Source: a virus
IMG/VR virus record: IMGVR_UViG_3300033512_000218
Location: 75,611-139,610 of that record
Length of the DNA: 64,000 bases
Direction: 5' to 3' (one strand)
Below are positions 10,240-20,241 of this stretch, piece by piece. Positions within the stretch are counted from its first letter, which is position 1, and each line of letters begins with the position of its first letter. Under the pieces are notes generated by a model that was not told where the DNA came from, did no database searches, and worked only from the letters and a program-made list of their open reading frames with translations. Position numbers and translations under genes: made by a program.

Positions 10240-10359
10240 TTAATATATACCAGCAAAGTAGGTTTTTATTTTTGAGTGTACAATCAAAATAATTAATTCA
10301 TATGATGAAACACTGTTCAAAATATATTTTTTAGTCTATATTTTATTTTTAATATATTT

Positions 10360-10367
10360 GTATTTAT
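10360..10367 (+). promoter_or_regulatory. Putative late promoter GTATTTAT
   Basis: 21 nt before ATG 10381. Confidence 0.65.
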
Positions 10368-10380
10368 ATTAAAAATATAT

Positions 10381-11313
10381 ATGAATATTAACGAAATATC
10401 AACTGTAGAACGAAGTTTAGGACAAATAGATGCAGAAGTTTCTACCTTTCATAGTACATTAAAAAATTATACTGATAAATTCCAATCATTAACTGATACA
10501 AGTCAAATGACTGTATTAAATAATTTAATGGATAAAGTTACAAGAGATAATTTTGACCCAGAATTAAGAGTTGATTTTTATCCATATTCAACACCATTTC
10601 CAAAGGGTGTAGGAACAGAGGATACAGGAGCAAGAGCATTACAATTAAAGGGTAAACCTGCATATAATAAATGGATGCAAATTATTAAACCTATTGCAAC
10701 AATCGATGGATGGACAATTGTAGATGATTTAGGAGCAGAGGAAAGTGTAGATGATACTAAAAAGCAAAATATAGTTGATAAAGAAACAGAAATATCAGAG
10801 GCAATATTAAATAATATATTAAATTCAACATATCTAAAAAAACAATATTTAAAAGAAATATCAAATTTATCAGGTAATTATGTTGTACAAAAAAATAATA
10901 TAACAAATAAAAATACAATCATTGAAAACTTAAATGAAATTTTAAAAAATAAACAAATATTAGAAATGATATATACAACACAAATAACACAAAATACTGA
11001 TTTTGAAGGATTATATGAATTAATACGTGATAAATATAAAATTAAAATAAACTTTAGTGATGTTGATTTAGAAAAAGATTATAAAATATTACGTATAAAA
11101 AAAGAAGGAATTAATCAATTTGAACGTATGTTTGGAACATTACCTAATCCAAATAAACATAAAATATATTTAATAATACGTTTTAATGAAAATAATAATG
11201 AAGCATCTTTATTTGTTATAAATGAAGATAAAAAAATTGTTAATAATACAAGTATTATTAAATTCTATAAAAGAGGTAAATATAAATGGATGGAAGAAAA
11301 TAATAATGTATAA
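10381..11313 (+). CDS. Hypothetical late protein (possible internal head protein)
   Basis: Late motif upstream, terminator downstream; INE/ISE/LKE/LNE sites. Confidence 0.7.
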   Translation: MNINEISTVERSLGQIDAEVSTFHSTLKNYTDKFQSLTDTSQMTVLNNLMDKVTRDNFDPELRVDFYPYSTPFPKGVGTEDTGARALQLKGKPAYNKWMQIIKPIATIDGWTIVDDLGAEESVDDTKKQNIVDKETEISEAILNNILNSTYLKKQYLKEISNLSGNYVVQKNNITNKNTIIENLNEILKNKQILEMIYTTQITQNTDFEGLYELIRDKYKIKINFSDVDLEKDYKILRIKKEGINQFERMFGTLPNPNKHKIYLIIRFNENNNEASLFVINEDKKIVNNTSIIKFYKRGKYKWMEENNNV

Positions 11314-11322
11314 ATTATATTT

Positions 11323-11349
11323 AAAACCTACAATTATTTGTGGGTTTTT
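11323..11349 (+). terminator. Rho-independent terminator
   Basis: AAAACCTACA-loop-TGTGGGTTTT. Confidence 0.75.
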
Positions 11350-11351
11350 AT

Positions 11352-11409
11352 TTTAACATTTATTAACAATATTGTATTTGTATTTTGAAAATAAATAGTT
11401 TATCTTTGT
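11352..11409 (+). promoter_or_regulatory. Repeated early promoter cassette (copy 3)
   Basis: TTTAACATTTATTAAC...TTTG...TATCTTTG. Confidence 0.85.
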
Positions 11410-11433
11410 AATACAATTTAAAAATTAAATAAA

Positions 11434-12195
11434 ATGATTATACCTTATAAATATTATTATTACGGTTCTTCTGATTCAATTGATAAAGTTTTAATTGAAT
11501 TACCTTCAAATGTATTTCCTAATACACAAGAGCAACGGAAATTATTTTTAAAACAATTGGAATTAAAATATAATTTAAATTGGAATACTAATATTATTAT
11601 TATAAACAATGGTTATATATCCGATACGATTTATCCTAAAAGTTGGATTGATTCATTAAATAATGCGTTTTATACAACTTATAATAATCATAAACAAATA
11701 TATGAATTACCAATAAAAGGATTAGTTAAAAGAAATAAACTGTTGGCTATTTATAAAACAGTTAGAACAGTTTTATGTTTATTAAGTAGAACTAATTATA
11801 GAAATATTATTAAACCTATATTAAATGGTTGTCATGATTTTAATTTAAAATTAAATGCTTTAAATAAAATTAGGTTTAATAATATTATAAGTTTTAATCA
11901 AAAGAATACTTCTGATATTGATATTTGGAAAATTATATCTTTTTATTTAGGTCAAAATATATCATTAATTCAAGATAACATAGAAATATATTCAAAGCAA
12001 GATTTAATAATACATCATCCTAAACTATATAATTTTATTTATAGAAAAAATATAAATAATACAGATATTGATTATTTAAATGATTATTTAAAACAATATA
12101 TATCTATAATTAATAATTATGGTACATATATAAGCAAAAATAATTATTTATATTGCCATGATGAAATAATAGATATGAAAAAAGAAATATACTAA
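11434..12195 (+). CDS. Possible divergent nucleotidyltransferase
   Basis: N-terminal YYYYGSSDSID resembles GS..S.D.D with second Asp lost. Confidence 0.4.
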   Translation: MIIPYKYYYYGSSDSIDKVLIELPSNVFPNTQEQRKLFLKQLELKYNLNWNTNIIIINNGYISDTIYPKSWIDSLNNAFYTTYNNHKQIYELPIKGLVKRNKLLAIYKTVRTVLCLLSRTNYRNIIKPILNGCHDFNLKLNALNKIRFNNIISFNQKNTSDIDIWKIISFYLGQNISLIQDNIEIYSKQDLIIHHPKLYNFIYRKNINNTDIDYLNDYLKQYISIINNYGTYISKNNYLYCHDEIIDMKKEIY

Positions 12196-12199
12196 TAAT

Positions 12200-12994
12200 A
12201 TGAACATACATTTTACCGATAAACAGTTATTCGATAACCTAATAAATGCTACATTATACAAAATAAAAATAGGTTCATACATGTATGGAACAAACAATGA
12301 TAAATCTGATACTGATTATCTTTATATATATGCTACTTCAGAGAATGAATTATTAAGTCCTATTCAAACTCAACAACAACTTCAATATAAGGATAATAAT
12401 ATTGATTATAATTTCACTTCAATTCATAATTTTATTAAAAATTGTATTAGTGGAGACAGTACCATAAATTTTGAATGTATCCAATCAGATGAATTTAATA
12501 ATACTTCCTTAGAATGGATTAATAAATATAAAGATACATTTAAAACATATACTATTATAAGAAGTTATTTAGGTTTTGCTCGCAGAGATATTAAACACTA
12601 TTTTAAATATAATGATACATATAATAAAGAAAAAAGATTAAAACATATTATTAGAGGATACATTTATACGTATAATTTAATTAATCACACATTTAATTTT
12701 AAACAATGCAATAAAGAATTAATTAATACAATTAAATATATTGATGTGTCAAATAATAAACAACTAAAACATTATGAAAGTTTAATATCGAACCTTAGAG
12801 AAGAATTAACCGAAAAATTTAATAATCATACTTTAAATTTATCACAAAAAATAGATGTTGAACAAGGAATTAAATTAACAAATGATTTAATAACTTTTTG
12901 TAATTCAACTTATTATAAGGATAAACAATTATATTTAACAAATTTTGATTTAACTATGTTTATAAATAGTTTTGAAAATTGGGTTGAATATTAA
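12200..12994 (+). CDS. Pol-beta superfamily nucleotidyltransferase
   Basis: IGSYMYGT....SDTDY; SYLGFA; KRLKHIIRG. Confidence 0.85.
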   Translation: MNIHFTDKQLFDNLINATLYKIKIGSYMYGTNNDKSDTDYLYIYATSENELLSPIQTQQQLQYKDNNIDYNFTSIHNFIKNCISGDSTINFECIQSDEFNNTSLEWINKYKDTFKTYTIIRSYLGFARRDIKHYFKYNDTYNKEKRLKHIIRGYIYTYNLINHTFNFKQCNKELINTIKYIDVSNNKQLKHYESLISNLREELTEKFNNHTLNLSQKIDVEQGIKLTNDLITFCNSTYYKDKQLYLTNFDLTMFINSFENWVEY

Positions 12995-13059
12995 ACCCAT
13001 AAACTATATAATTGTTCAATATTGGTGCTAATGGTTATATAATAAAAAATAAATTTTAA

Positions 13060-13067
13060 GTATTTAT
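13060..13067 (+). promoter_or_regulatory. Putative late promoter GTATTTAT
   Basis: 19 nt before ATG 13079. Confidence 0.65.
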
Positions 13068-13078
13068 ATATAAAAAAT

Positions 13079-13444
13079 ATGAATCTACAAAAATTTATAA
13101 CCGATACCATTCATAAATATTTGAATGAACAACAAAACATTAAAGGTGATGAAATTATTGCATATCATGGAACAAGATATAAATTTGATAATTTTAAAAC
13201 GTCACATCCAAAAGGTGCAGTAGGTAATGAAAAAGGTGTTTATTTTACACGTGATTTGAGTACAGCAAAAGAATATGCAGAGGATGTTGATGGAGCTTTA
13301 GATGATAAATCAATAGTTATTAAAGTGAAATTAACTATTAACTCTGATACAGATGGTAAAATAATTAATCATTCGTATAGAGGAGAAGAGATTATAATGT
13401 TTAATTTGAATAATATAAAAATATTGGATAATAATATTTTATAA
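13079..13444 (+). CDS. H-Y-E type ADP-ribosyltransferase-like protein with ..LNE leader
   Basis: AYHGT, GVYFT....AKEYA, EEIIMF. Confidence 0.75.
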   Translation: MNLQKFITDTIHKYLNEQQNIKGDEIIAYHGTRYKFDNFKTSHPKGAVGNEKGVYFTRDLSTAKEYAEDVDGALDDKSIVIKVKLTINSDTDGKIINHSYRGEEIIMFNLNNIKILDNNIL

Positions 13445-13498
13445 AATATATAATGGTAATATTTGTTATTTTCCCAAGATTCAATTTAAAACTTTAAA

Positions 13499-13556
13499 TT
13501 TAACATTTATTAACATGAATTAATTTGTATTTTTACTTTATTTATATTATCTTTGT
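13499..13556 (+). promoter_or_regulatory. Repeated early promoter cassette (copy 4)
   Basis: TTTAACATTTATTAAC...TTTG...TATCTTTG. Confidence 0.85.
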
Positions 13557-13580
13557 TGTATAAATTTAAAAACTAATAAG

Positions 13581-14006
13581 ATGAAAACTAAAATCCAAAT
13601 AATTAGTGTTAAACAAGTTGAAGGGGTTATACATCCATCAGATTACCATAATTATGCTACAAAAACAGCAAGAACTGCAACACATTATGAACCGATTGCA
13701 TTATTTATTGATGCAATTGATTTGGAAACAAATAACATGATTAAATTTTATTCTCCGACTGTTCTTTTATCAGTTACAACAGGATGGTTATTTTTTAAAG
13801 ATATTCCGTTAAATGATTGGTTTGAATTAATTGAAACAAATATAATAAGTGCAAAAGGATTGAATGTGTTTGATGGAGGGGATACACCTAATGTAGCAAT
13901 TAAACAAAAATCTGAAATTGTACCCAAAATAAAAGTAGGAGATAATATTAATATATCATATTCAATTTCAAAAACAAATAAAATAAATAGAGTTAAAATA
14001 TTATAA
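13581..14006 (+). CDS. Hypothetical protein
   Basis: 141 aa ORF after promoter. Confidence 0.7.
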   Translation: MKTKIQIISVKQVEGVIHPSDYHNYATKTARTATHYEPIALFIDAIDLETNNMIKFYSPTVLLSVTTGWLFFKDIPLNDWFELIETNIISAKGLNVFDGGDTPNVAIKQKSEIVPKIKVGDNINISYSISKTNKINRVKIL

Positions 14007-14126
14007 ACAATAATAACGGTAATTCAATGGAGATAATATCATACTTAGCCGTATAAAGATAAAGAAGAGTTGATAAACTTTCTGAATTATTATTGTTTTA
14101 TATTAATAATCAATTAAAATTAAATT

Positions 14127-14360
14127 ATGTTACCAAACAAAGAAAAGTTAAATAGTAAAATAGAGGAACTTTCGAATTATTATAATGTATATAATCCATC
14201 TCTAATGGATTTAATTAATGATTATAATAAATGGTATGCAGAACAACTATTAAATCATACAGTGGAAATGGTAAAGGTTAAAATGGTTAAACATGCATAT
14301 ATCGGAGTATTAACTGAAGTAGATAAAGAAAGTATTTTAAACATATTAAATGAAATATAA
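14127..14360 (+). CDS. Hypothetical protein (VDKESIL family)
   Basis: 77 aa; resembles 18067 and 34415 ORFs. Confidence 0.6.
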   Translation: MLPNKEKLNSKIEELSNYYNVYNPSLMDLINDYNKWYAEQLLNHTVEMVKVKMVKHAYIGVLTEVDKESILNILNEI

Positions 14361-14698
14361 TGAAAAAATTAACAAAAAAAGAAAATACTGAGTTTTATAA
14401 ACAAATTTGTAACATTTTATTAAATGATTATAAATGTAAATTAGTTCACGATAATGAAACATATACTCAATTTATTTTAAATTTAAATAACAAAATAGAT
14501 TGCAATATAAGTATTCATAAAATAAATACTTATCTATTTTCTATATTTACAAATTTTACTGATGATAATTTTGAAACTATTTTGGGGGATAATATCCCTA
14601 AAACAGGCAAGTGGAATTTATTTTCTTCTGATTTAGAAAATATAAAAAATGAATTAAAAGAGTTATTAAATTTTTATTTAAAATTAACGAATGAATAA
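14360..14698 (+). CDS. Hypothetical protein
   Basis: 112 aa, coupled to neighbours. Confidence 0.65.
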   Translation: MKKLTKKENTEFYKQICNILLNDYKCKLVHDNETYTQFILNLNNKIDCNISIHKINTYLFSIFTNFTDDNFETILGDNIPKTGKWNLFSSDLENIKNELKELLNFYLKLTNE

Positions 14699-15149
14699 AT
14701 ATAAATTTTTCTGGGAGGGTCCATTTAGTAATTGGTTTTTAAGTGGATTTATAGTTGATGATATTGCATATAATTGTGGAGAACAATATATGATGTATCA
14801 AAAGGCAGTATTATTTAATGATACTGAAATAGCTGATAAAATATTAAATGAAACAGAACCTAAAAAACAAAAACAATTAGGTAGAAAAGTAAGAAATTTC
14901 AATGTAAACGTTTGGGACTCTGTTAGATATGATATAGTTAAAAAAGGATTGTATCATAAATTTACTCAAAGTGTTTTTTTAAAAAGTGAATTATTAAAAT
15001 ATAAAGAGTATCGGTTTGTTGAAGCATCTCCTTATGATACTATTTGGGGTATTGGTTTCATTGAAAAAGATGCAATGAGTAATATTTCGAAATGGGGTAA
15101 AAATTTATTAGGAAAAATACTAACAGAATTATCATACGAAATAATTTAA
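14691..15149 (+). CDS. NADAR (YbiA/DUF1768) family hydrolase
   Basis: FSNWF, EQYMMYQKA.LF.D, LGRKVRNF, KFTQ, VEASPYDTIWGIG. Confidence 0.93.
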   Translation: MNKYKFFWEGPFSNWFLSGFIVDDIAYNCGEQYMMYQKAVLFNDTEIADKILNETEPKKQKQLGRKVRNFNVNVWDSVRYDIVKKGLYHKFTQSVFLKSELLKYKEYRFVEASPYDTIWGIGFIEKDAMSNISKWGKNLLGKILTELSYEII

Positions 15150-15348
15150 TTATGTGGACAAATATAAATGCATTGCACGGTAATTCTTTAAAATATATAA
15201 CGTTAAGATTAAATAATAAAAGATGTATTTTTCATAAATGGAGTAAATATACTATTTTTTCCTTAAGAGATACATATCCTTATGATTTAGGTGACAAAAA
15301 GATAAAATCGTGTCTAAAATGTGGACTTATAAAAGAATATATATGGAT

Positions 15349-17127
15349 TTAGATTTTAGTAAATGTTAAAGTTGAATTTATATCCTCATTTTGATAAACT
15401 AAATAATCTTTTTCATTTAACCAATGTTTAGGTGTTGATGTTGTATTCATTTTGATTGTTTTACCTTCTTCTTTAACAATATGACACCAACACCAATCGT
15501 GTGTTTTAATGTTATCTATTTTTGAGGTATATAATGGACATTTATTTTTCCAAATCATAATATATCCTGTACCTGTATAACTTATATTAATAATATCATC
15601 GTATTTTTTTGATATTTTATGTTTAAGTGATTGTTCTTTTTTTATTCTTTCATGTTGTTTTCTATTTAAATATACAGAACTAACAGCAATAACATTATTT
15701 TCTTTTTTTATTATTTCGTTATATAATTTTTGAAATGATTTATTGTAAGAAGTTAAATCGTCTTCCCTAAAGTGTATTATATTTCCATTTGCTTTGTTTA
15801 ATATAGTGTTATACGAATCAGTTAATAATTCACTTACTTTATTTTTTTGTTCTATTTGATTTTTATATTTTATGGGTTTTTGTCCTTGTATTATTTCTAT
15901 ATTATTAAAACTATCATAATATTTTTCATTTACTATTATTCCATTTTCACTATTATCAATAATAATAAGTTCTGGTTTATTATTTAGTATAATAATATCT
16001 TCTATTAAAGAATTCATCCATATATCAAAAAAATTATTTATTCTACCACTATAAACAAGTCCAATAGTCATTAACTCCTCATTATTGATTTGTTTCGTTT
16101 GATTTAAAGGGGTATTTATGGTTTGTGTTATTGTAGTATTAAATATTTCATAACTTGTTGTAGGCTTTAAATAAAGCTGTGATTTTACATTTTTACCACA
16201 TGAATAATCTTCAATTATTTCTGAACACCATCCAAAGTCAATAATATATAGTTTATCATTTTTAATTGTAAAATTTTCTAATTTAAAATCAGTATAATAA
16301 CATTTGTTTTGATTTAATATTTTTAATATATCTAATAATTGAATATATAATTCATTTGTTAATTGTTCTTTTTTTACTGTTTCACCACAATAACTCATAA
16401 TAATTGTATTTCCATCTTGTTTAATAAAACGAGGACTTATATTGTAAGATTCTAATTTTTTAAGCCAATATATTTCTCGTTTAATTAGTTCATTAGTATA
16501 TGTTTTATAATTAACAGTTTTATATACCTTATCATTTATTATTTTTATTTTGGAAGTATTTCCTTTGTGTGTATATTCAATTTCACTTTCATTATTAACA
16601 ATATTCTTTTTGATTGGTTTATTATTTAAATTCCAATATAAAATAACATTATCAGAATATTTACATTTTGTAAATTGAGGATTATCTATATTTTTATATT
16701 TATTTGCATAATACAATGGTATAACAAGTATAATATGATTTGATATTCTACTTAATTCTTTAATTATATTTTCAGGAGATATATTTTTTATGTGTTGATA
16801 TGTTTGTACTGATACCAATGCTTCATATTGTTTATTTTTTATTGGATAAGGTAATACTTTTAAATCATGTCTAATTTTAGGAATATAATTTAAACGTTTA
16901 TCTTTATTAATAGTATAATACATACTATAACTATCTTCATATATATTAGTTGTGGAACCTATTTCTATTATATTTGATGTCCCTATGTTTTTAATTATAT
17001 TAATTATATTTTCATAATATTCCCACTCAATATTTATTATCGTTGTATATTTATTATTTTTATTTTCTGGAAAATAACTATAAAATTTTTCTTTTGTTAA
17101 TAATTTTGATATATTTAATGTATTCAT
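15349..17127 (-). CDS. Multidomain methyltransferase-like / protein-kinase-like / GT2 glycosyltransferase-like protein
   Basis: IIEIGS (SAM-like); REI..LKKL, DFKLEN, IIDFGW (kinase); ELIIIDNS, FREDD, HDWCW (GT-A). Confidence 0.7.
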   Translation of the reverse strand: MNTLNISKLLTKEKFYSYFPENKNNKYTTIINIEWEYYENIINIIKNIGTSNIIEIGSTTNIYEDSYSMYYTINKDKRLNYIPKIRHDLKVLPYPIKNKQYEALVSVQTYQHIKNISPENIIKELSRISNHIILVIPLYYANKYKNIDNPQFTKCKYSDNVILYWNLNNKPIKKNIVNNESEIEYTHKGNTSKIKIINDKVYKTVNYKTYTNELIKREIYWLKKLESYNISPRFIKQDGNTIIMSYCGETVKKEQLTNELYIQLLDILKILNQNKCYYTDFKLENFTIKNDKLYIIDFGWCSEIIEDYSCGKNVKSQLYLKPTTSYEIFNTTITQTINTPLNQTKQINNEELMTIGLVYSGRINNFFDIWMNSLIEDIIILNNKPELIIIDNSENGIIVNEKYYDSFNNIEIIQGQKPIKYKNQIEQKNKVSELLTDSYNTILNKANGNIIHFREDDLTSYNKSFQKLYNEIIKKENNVIAVSSVYLNRKQHERIKKEQSLKHKISKKYDDIINISYTGTGYIMIWKNKCPLYTSKIDNIKTHDWCWCHIVKEEGKTIKMNTTSTPKHWLNEKDYLVYQNEDINSTLTFTKI

Positions 17128-17140
17128 ACTAATTTTTAAA

Positions 17141-17148
17141 ATAAATAC
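17141..17148 (-). promoter_or_regulatory. Putative late promoter GTATTTAT, back-to-back with early cassette
   Basis: 21 nt before ATG 17127 on - strand. Confidence 0.65.
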
Positions 17149-17150
17149 AT

Positions 17151-17208
17151 TTTAACATTTATTAACACTAATTAATTTGTATTTTTACTTTATTTATATT
17201 ATCTTTGT
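17151..17208 (+). promoter_or_regulatory. Repeated early promoter cassette (copy 5)
   Basis: TTTAACATTTATTAAC...TTTG...TATCTTTG. Confidence 0.85.
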
Positions 17209-17234
17209 GGTATAACAATTAAAAATAAAATACA

Positions 17235-17594
17235 ATGACAAGATATAATTTATTTAATGAAATAAATAAACTGTGTGAATTAACTCAAACAGGAGAACAT
17301 CAGTATAATAAAATGGTACATACAGGATTATTAGAGTTTTGTGATTATAATACAGGACTGTTGGATATATGTATGTATTATTTATATCAGGATAATAATC
17401 ACATTGTTCGTATTTGGTTTGGTACAATTGATGATGGTGATTTTGGTAGTTGGACAATATGTGATTCAAAAGAAGAAGCATTGGAATTATTAAATAAAGT
17501 AGTTGATAAATTTAAAGATATAACTGTATTACCTACAATAAATCAATTAAATAAGGAATTTGAAAAATTAAAAATATATTTTTGCTATGAATAA
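17235..17594 (+). CDS. Hypothetical protein
   Basis: 119 aa ORF after promoter. Confidence 0.7.
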   Translation: MTRYNLFNEINKLCELTQTGEHQYNKMVHTGLLEFCDYNTGLLDICMYYLYQDNNHIVRIWFGTIDDGDFGSWTICDSKEEALELLNKVVDKFKDITVLPTINQLNKEFEKLKIYFCYE

Positions 17595-18045
17595 AGTTAT
17601 ATTTTTAGATATTGATGGCGTATTAAATTTAATATCACAAGGACACGATAAATTTGGAAGTATATTTCATTCTAATTTTACTGATAATTTAAAATATATA
17701 ATTGATAAGACCAATGCTAAAATAGTCATCAGTTCAAGTTGGAGATTAAGTGGATTAAATTGGATTAAAGATTTATGGTTATATAGAAATTTACCAGGTG
17801 AAATTATTGATAGAACAAAATCAATATATCCAAGTACTAAACGTGGTTATGAAATACAAGATTGGTTAGATAATAATAAATATATAAATTATTGTATTAT
17901 AGATGATGATACAGATATGTTAGAACATCAATTTAATAATTTTGTTCAAACATCAAATAATTATAATCATACTGATAATATTGAAGGATATGGCTTAACA
18001 AAACAATGTTCTGATAAAGTGATTAAAATATTAAATAGAATTTAA
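17587..18045 (+). CDS. HAD-superfamily phosphatase (RNA-repair SAK type)
   Basis: FLDIDGVLN, IVISSSWR, RGYEI..WL, IIDDD. Confidence 0.9.
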   Translation: MNKVIFLDIDGVLNLISQGHDKFGSIFHSNFTDNLKYIIDKTNAKIVISSSWRLSGLNWIKDLWLYRNLPGEIIDRTKSIYPSTKRGYEIQDWLDNNKYINYCIIDDDTDMLEHQFNNFVQTSNNYNHTDNIEGYGLTKQCSDKVIKILNRI

Positions 18046-18066
18046 AATAACAAATACAAATAAAAA

Positions 18067-18339
18067 ATGGAAAACAATTGGAAAGAAAAAATATAAGAAC
18101 TATTAGATAAACATATAGGAGAACACGGAGTTCCTTATTCGACTTATCCTAAATTATACAATGCATTTGAAGAATTTGGTAATTTAGTATTCGAATCAAC
18201 AAAACAAGAATGTTCAGATAAAGTCGAATTAATTGATAATGGATATTCTGATGAGTTACCTAATGGAAATATGCATTATTTTGAAAAAATATGTGTCGAT
18301 ACATTTTCAATTTTAAATATTAATAAACCAAATTTATGA
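18067..18339 (+). pseudogene. Hypothetical gene with single in-frame TAA
   Basis: TAA at 18094; frame open to TGA overlapping next ATG. Confidence 0.65.
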
Positions 18340-18857
18340 GTGAAACAGTAACATATAAAGGAAAATTGCAAGAGGTAGTTTTAATTAATGATAATTTAGA
18401 AGAAACTTGCAAAGATATATTATTGAAAAATAATATTGAAATACATAATGATTTTTCATATCAGGAACAATTATCTGATAATTTTTATAAAGAATATGTA
18501 TCGACAAATAATAAACTTTATAGAGTATTATATAAAGAAAATTTTGAGTTCGATAATATATTTAATGCTGAATTAAATTTAGATGGAACCATAAGTTTTT
18601 TAGTTAAATATTATGATGGAGGATGTAGTTTTAATGAGGCAATAGAAAAAGCAATGGATAATATTCCAAATGAAATCAATGTTAAATGGTATAATACAGA
18701 AAAAAATGAATTTCCTGAAATTAACAAACGTATAATAACATCGGAACATGAAATAGGATATTTTAATGCAAATTATAAATTTATGAATGAAATAACCAAA
18801 GAAAGTTCTATTGATGAAATTATTTGGACTTATTTACCTGTTTATAATAATAACTAA
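18336..18857 (+). CDS. Hypothetical protein
   Basis: 173 aa; MSETVTYKGKL...YYDGGCSF.EAIE. Confidence 0.7.
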   Translation: MSETVTYKGKLQEVVLINDNLEETCKDILLKNNIEIHNDFSYQEQLSDNFYKEYVSTNNKLYRVLYKENFEFDNIFNAELNLDGTISFLVKYYDGGCSFNEAIEKAMDNIPNEINVKWYNTEKNEFPEINKRIITSEHEIGYFNANYKFMNEITKESSIDEIIWTYLPVYNNN

Positions 18858-18872
18858 AAAGAAAAAAATAAT

Positions 18873-19298
18873 ATGATAACACATTTAATTAGCACGACAG
18901 AGTTTATAAACTTTATACATCAAAATTATAATCAATTAGGAATTGAATTTCCATTTGATATTATAGTTAATTATGTAAACTTTATATCTCAAAAACCAAC
19001 ATTAAGTATGTTTGTACCTTGTGATGAAAATGGGAATGTATTAGACGAACCAGAAATATACGATACTTGGATAATGTATTCTATAAGTAACCTTGATACT
19101 AAATTTGAAACTAATACTCAATGTGAACAATATAAGGAAGCCAAATCCAATATATTATTTAAAGACAAAATGTGGGATATAAAATCATTAAAAGAAAAAA
19201 TAGAATATTATGATACAATTGAAAATTTTGCAATTAAAGAACATTTTTTTAATAAATTAGTATTGACAAAAACATCATTAAAACAAATAGGATTATAA
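18873..19298 (+). CDS. Hypothetical protein
   Basis: 141 aa; MFVPCDENGNVLDEP. Confidence 0.7.
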   Translation: MITHLISTTEFINFIHQNYNQLGIEFPFDIIVNYVNFISQKPTLSMFVPCDENGNVLDEPEIYDTWIMYSISNLDTKFETNTQCEQYKEAKSNILFKDKMWDIKSLKEKIEYYDTIENFAIKEHFFNKLVLTKTSLKQIGL

Positions 19299-19316
19299 TT
19301 TAAAAAACAAACAATT

Positions 19317-19626
19317 ATGATAACAAAAAAAATTCGAAATTGGGTATGGATTAGCATTAACATTAGATATATATGAAATAACAAGTGATGGTGATAATAT
19401 TGATTATAAAACAATATATACCAAAACACACTCCGATGGATGGACAATTACAGGAATAGTTCAGGAGGATTATTATCAATAGGTAAATTATTTTGAAGCG
19501 GTTCATCCTATTTATGGAAAAGTATAGGGAGATTTTGAAGATGAAGTTTATGCTGACACTGAAGAAGGATATAATCATTTTTATGAAAATCATACTCCAG
19601 AAGGATGGGATTATGGTGATATATAA
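19317..19626 (+). pseudogene. Hypothetical gene, disrupted
   Basis: Frameshift in A-run ~19325-19332; in-frame TAG at 19480 and 19525 in Trp-like contexts (YYQ*VN, GKV*GDF). Confidence 0.65.
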
Positions 19627-19665
19627 AAGAAATAAATTAATTTTAATAATATAAAACAATTAAAT

Positions 19666-19899
19666 ATGAAAACTGAAGAGAAAATTCAAAAAAATAAACA
19701 ATTAAAAAAATTAAAATTGAAAAAATTAAAATTGAAAAAAGAAGATTTAATAGATTCAATTGCGGATTGTAGATATAAAGGATGGATGAGTGATGAATGT
19801 ATGCATATAAATGAATTAGATATTGTCTTGGATAAAATAGCAAAACTAACCAATAAACCAAAAATTAAACCACGTATTCCTATATATACAAAAGTATAA
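19666..19899 (+). CDS. Hypothetical protein
   Basis: 77 aa; short tandem KKLKL duplication. Confidence 0.55.
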   Translation: MKTEEKIQKNKQLKKLKLKKLKLKKEDLIDSIADCRYKGWMSDECMHINELDIVLDKIAKLTNKPKIKPRIPIYTKV

Positions 19900-19918
19900 T
19901 GATAATAAACAATTAAAT

Positions 19919-20152
19919 ATGAAATGGATTAATATAAAAGATGAATTACCTAAAGATAATACTAATTGTATTATTTGGTACGATGAAAAAGAAGGAAATG
20001 ATATTTTCGGTTACTTTATAAGGGTTATATTCTACAAGAATTATAATGGTAAAAATAATAGATTTATTTTGTCTGAAAATGCAGATGAATATCACACAGA
20101 TTATACAGACAGTGTTACACATTGGATGATTCCAACAAATCCGAATGTATAA
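19919..20152 (+). CDS. DUF551-like protein
   Basis: MKWINIKDELP...VTHWM.P. Confidence 0.8.
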   Translation: MKWINIKDELPKDNTNCIIWYDEKEGNDIFGYFIRVIFYKNYNGKNNRFILSENADEYHTDYTDSVTHWMIPTNPNV

Positions 20153-20163
20153 ATATTAAAATT

Positions 20164-20188
20164 AAGAGTTCCAATTAGGAACTCTTTT
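20164..20188 (+). terminator. Rho-independent terminator
   Basis: AAGAGTTCC-aatta-GGAACTCTT TT. Confidence 0.8.
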
Positions 20189-20211
20189 GTTTTATAAACA
20201 TTTTAATAAAT

Positions 20212-20219
20212 GTATTTAT
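20212..20219 (+). promoter_or_regulatory. Putative late promoter GTATTTAT
   Basis: 30 nt before structural operon. Confidence 0.65.
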
Positions 20220-20241
20220 TTAAAAGTACATAATATTAATA

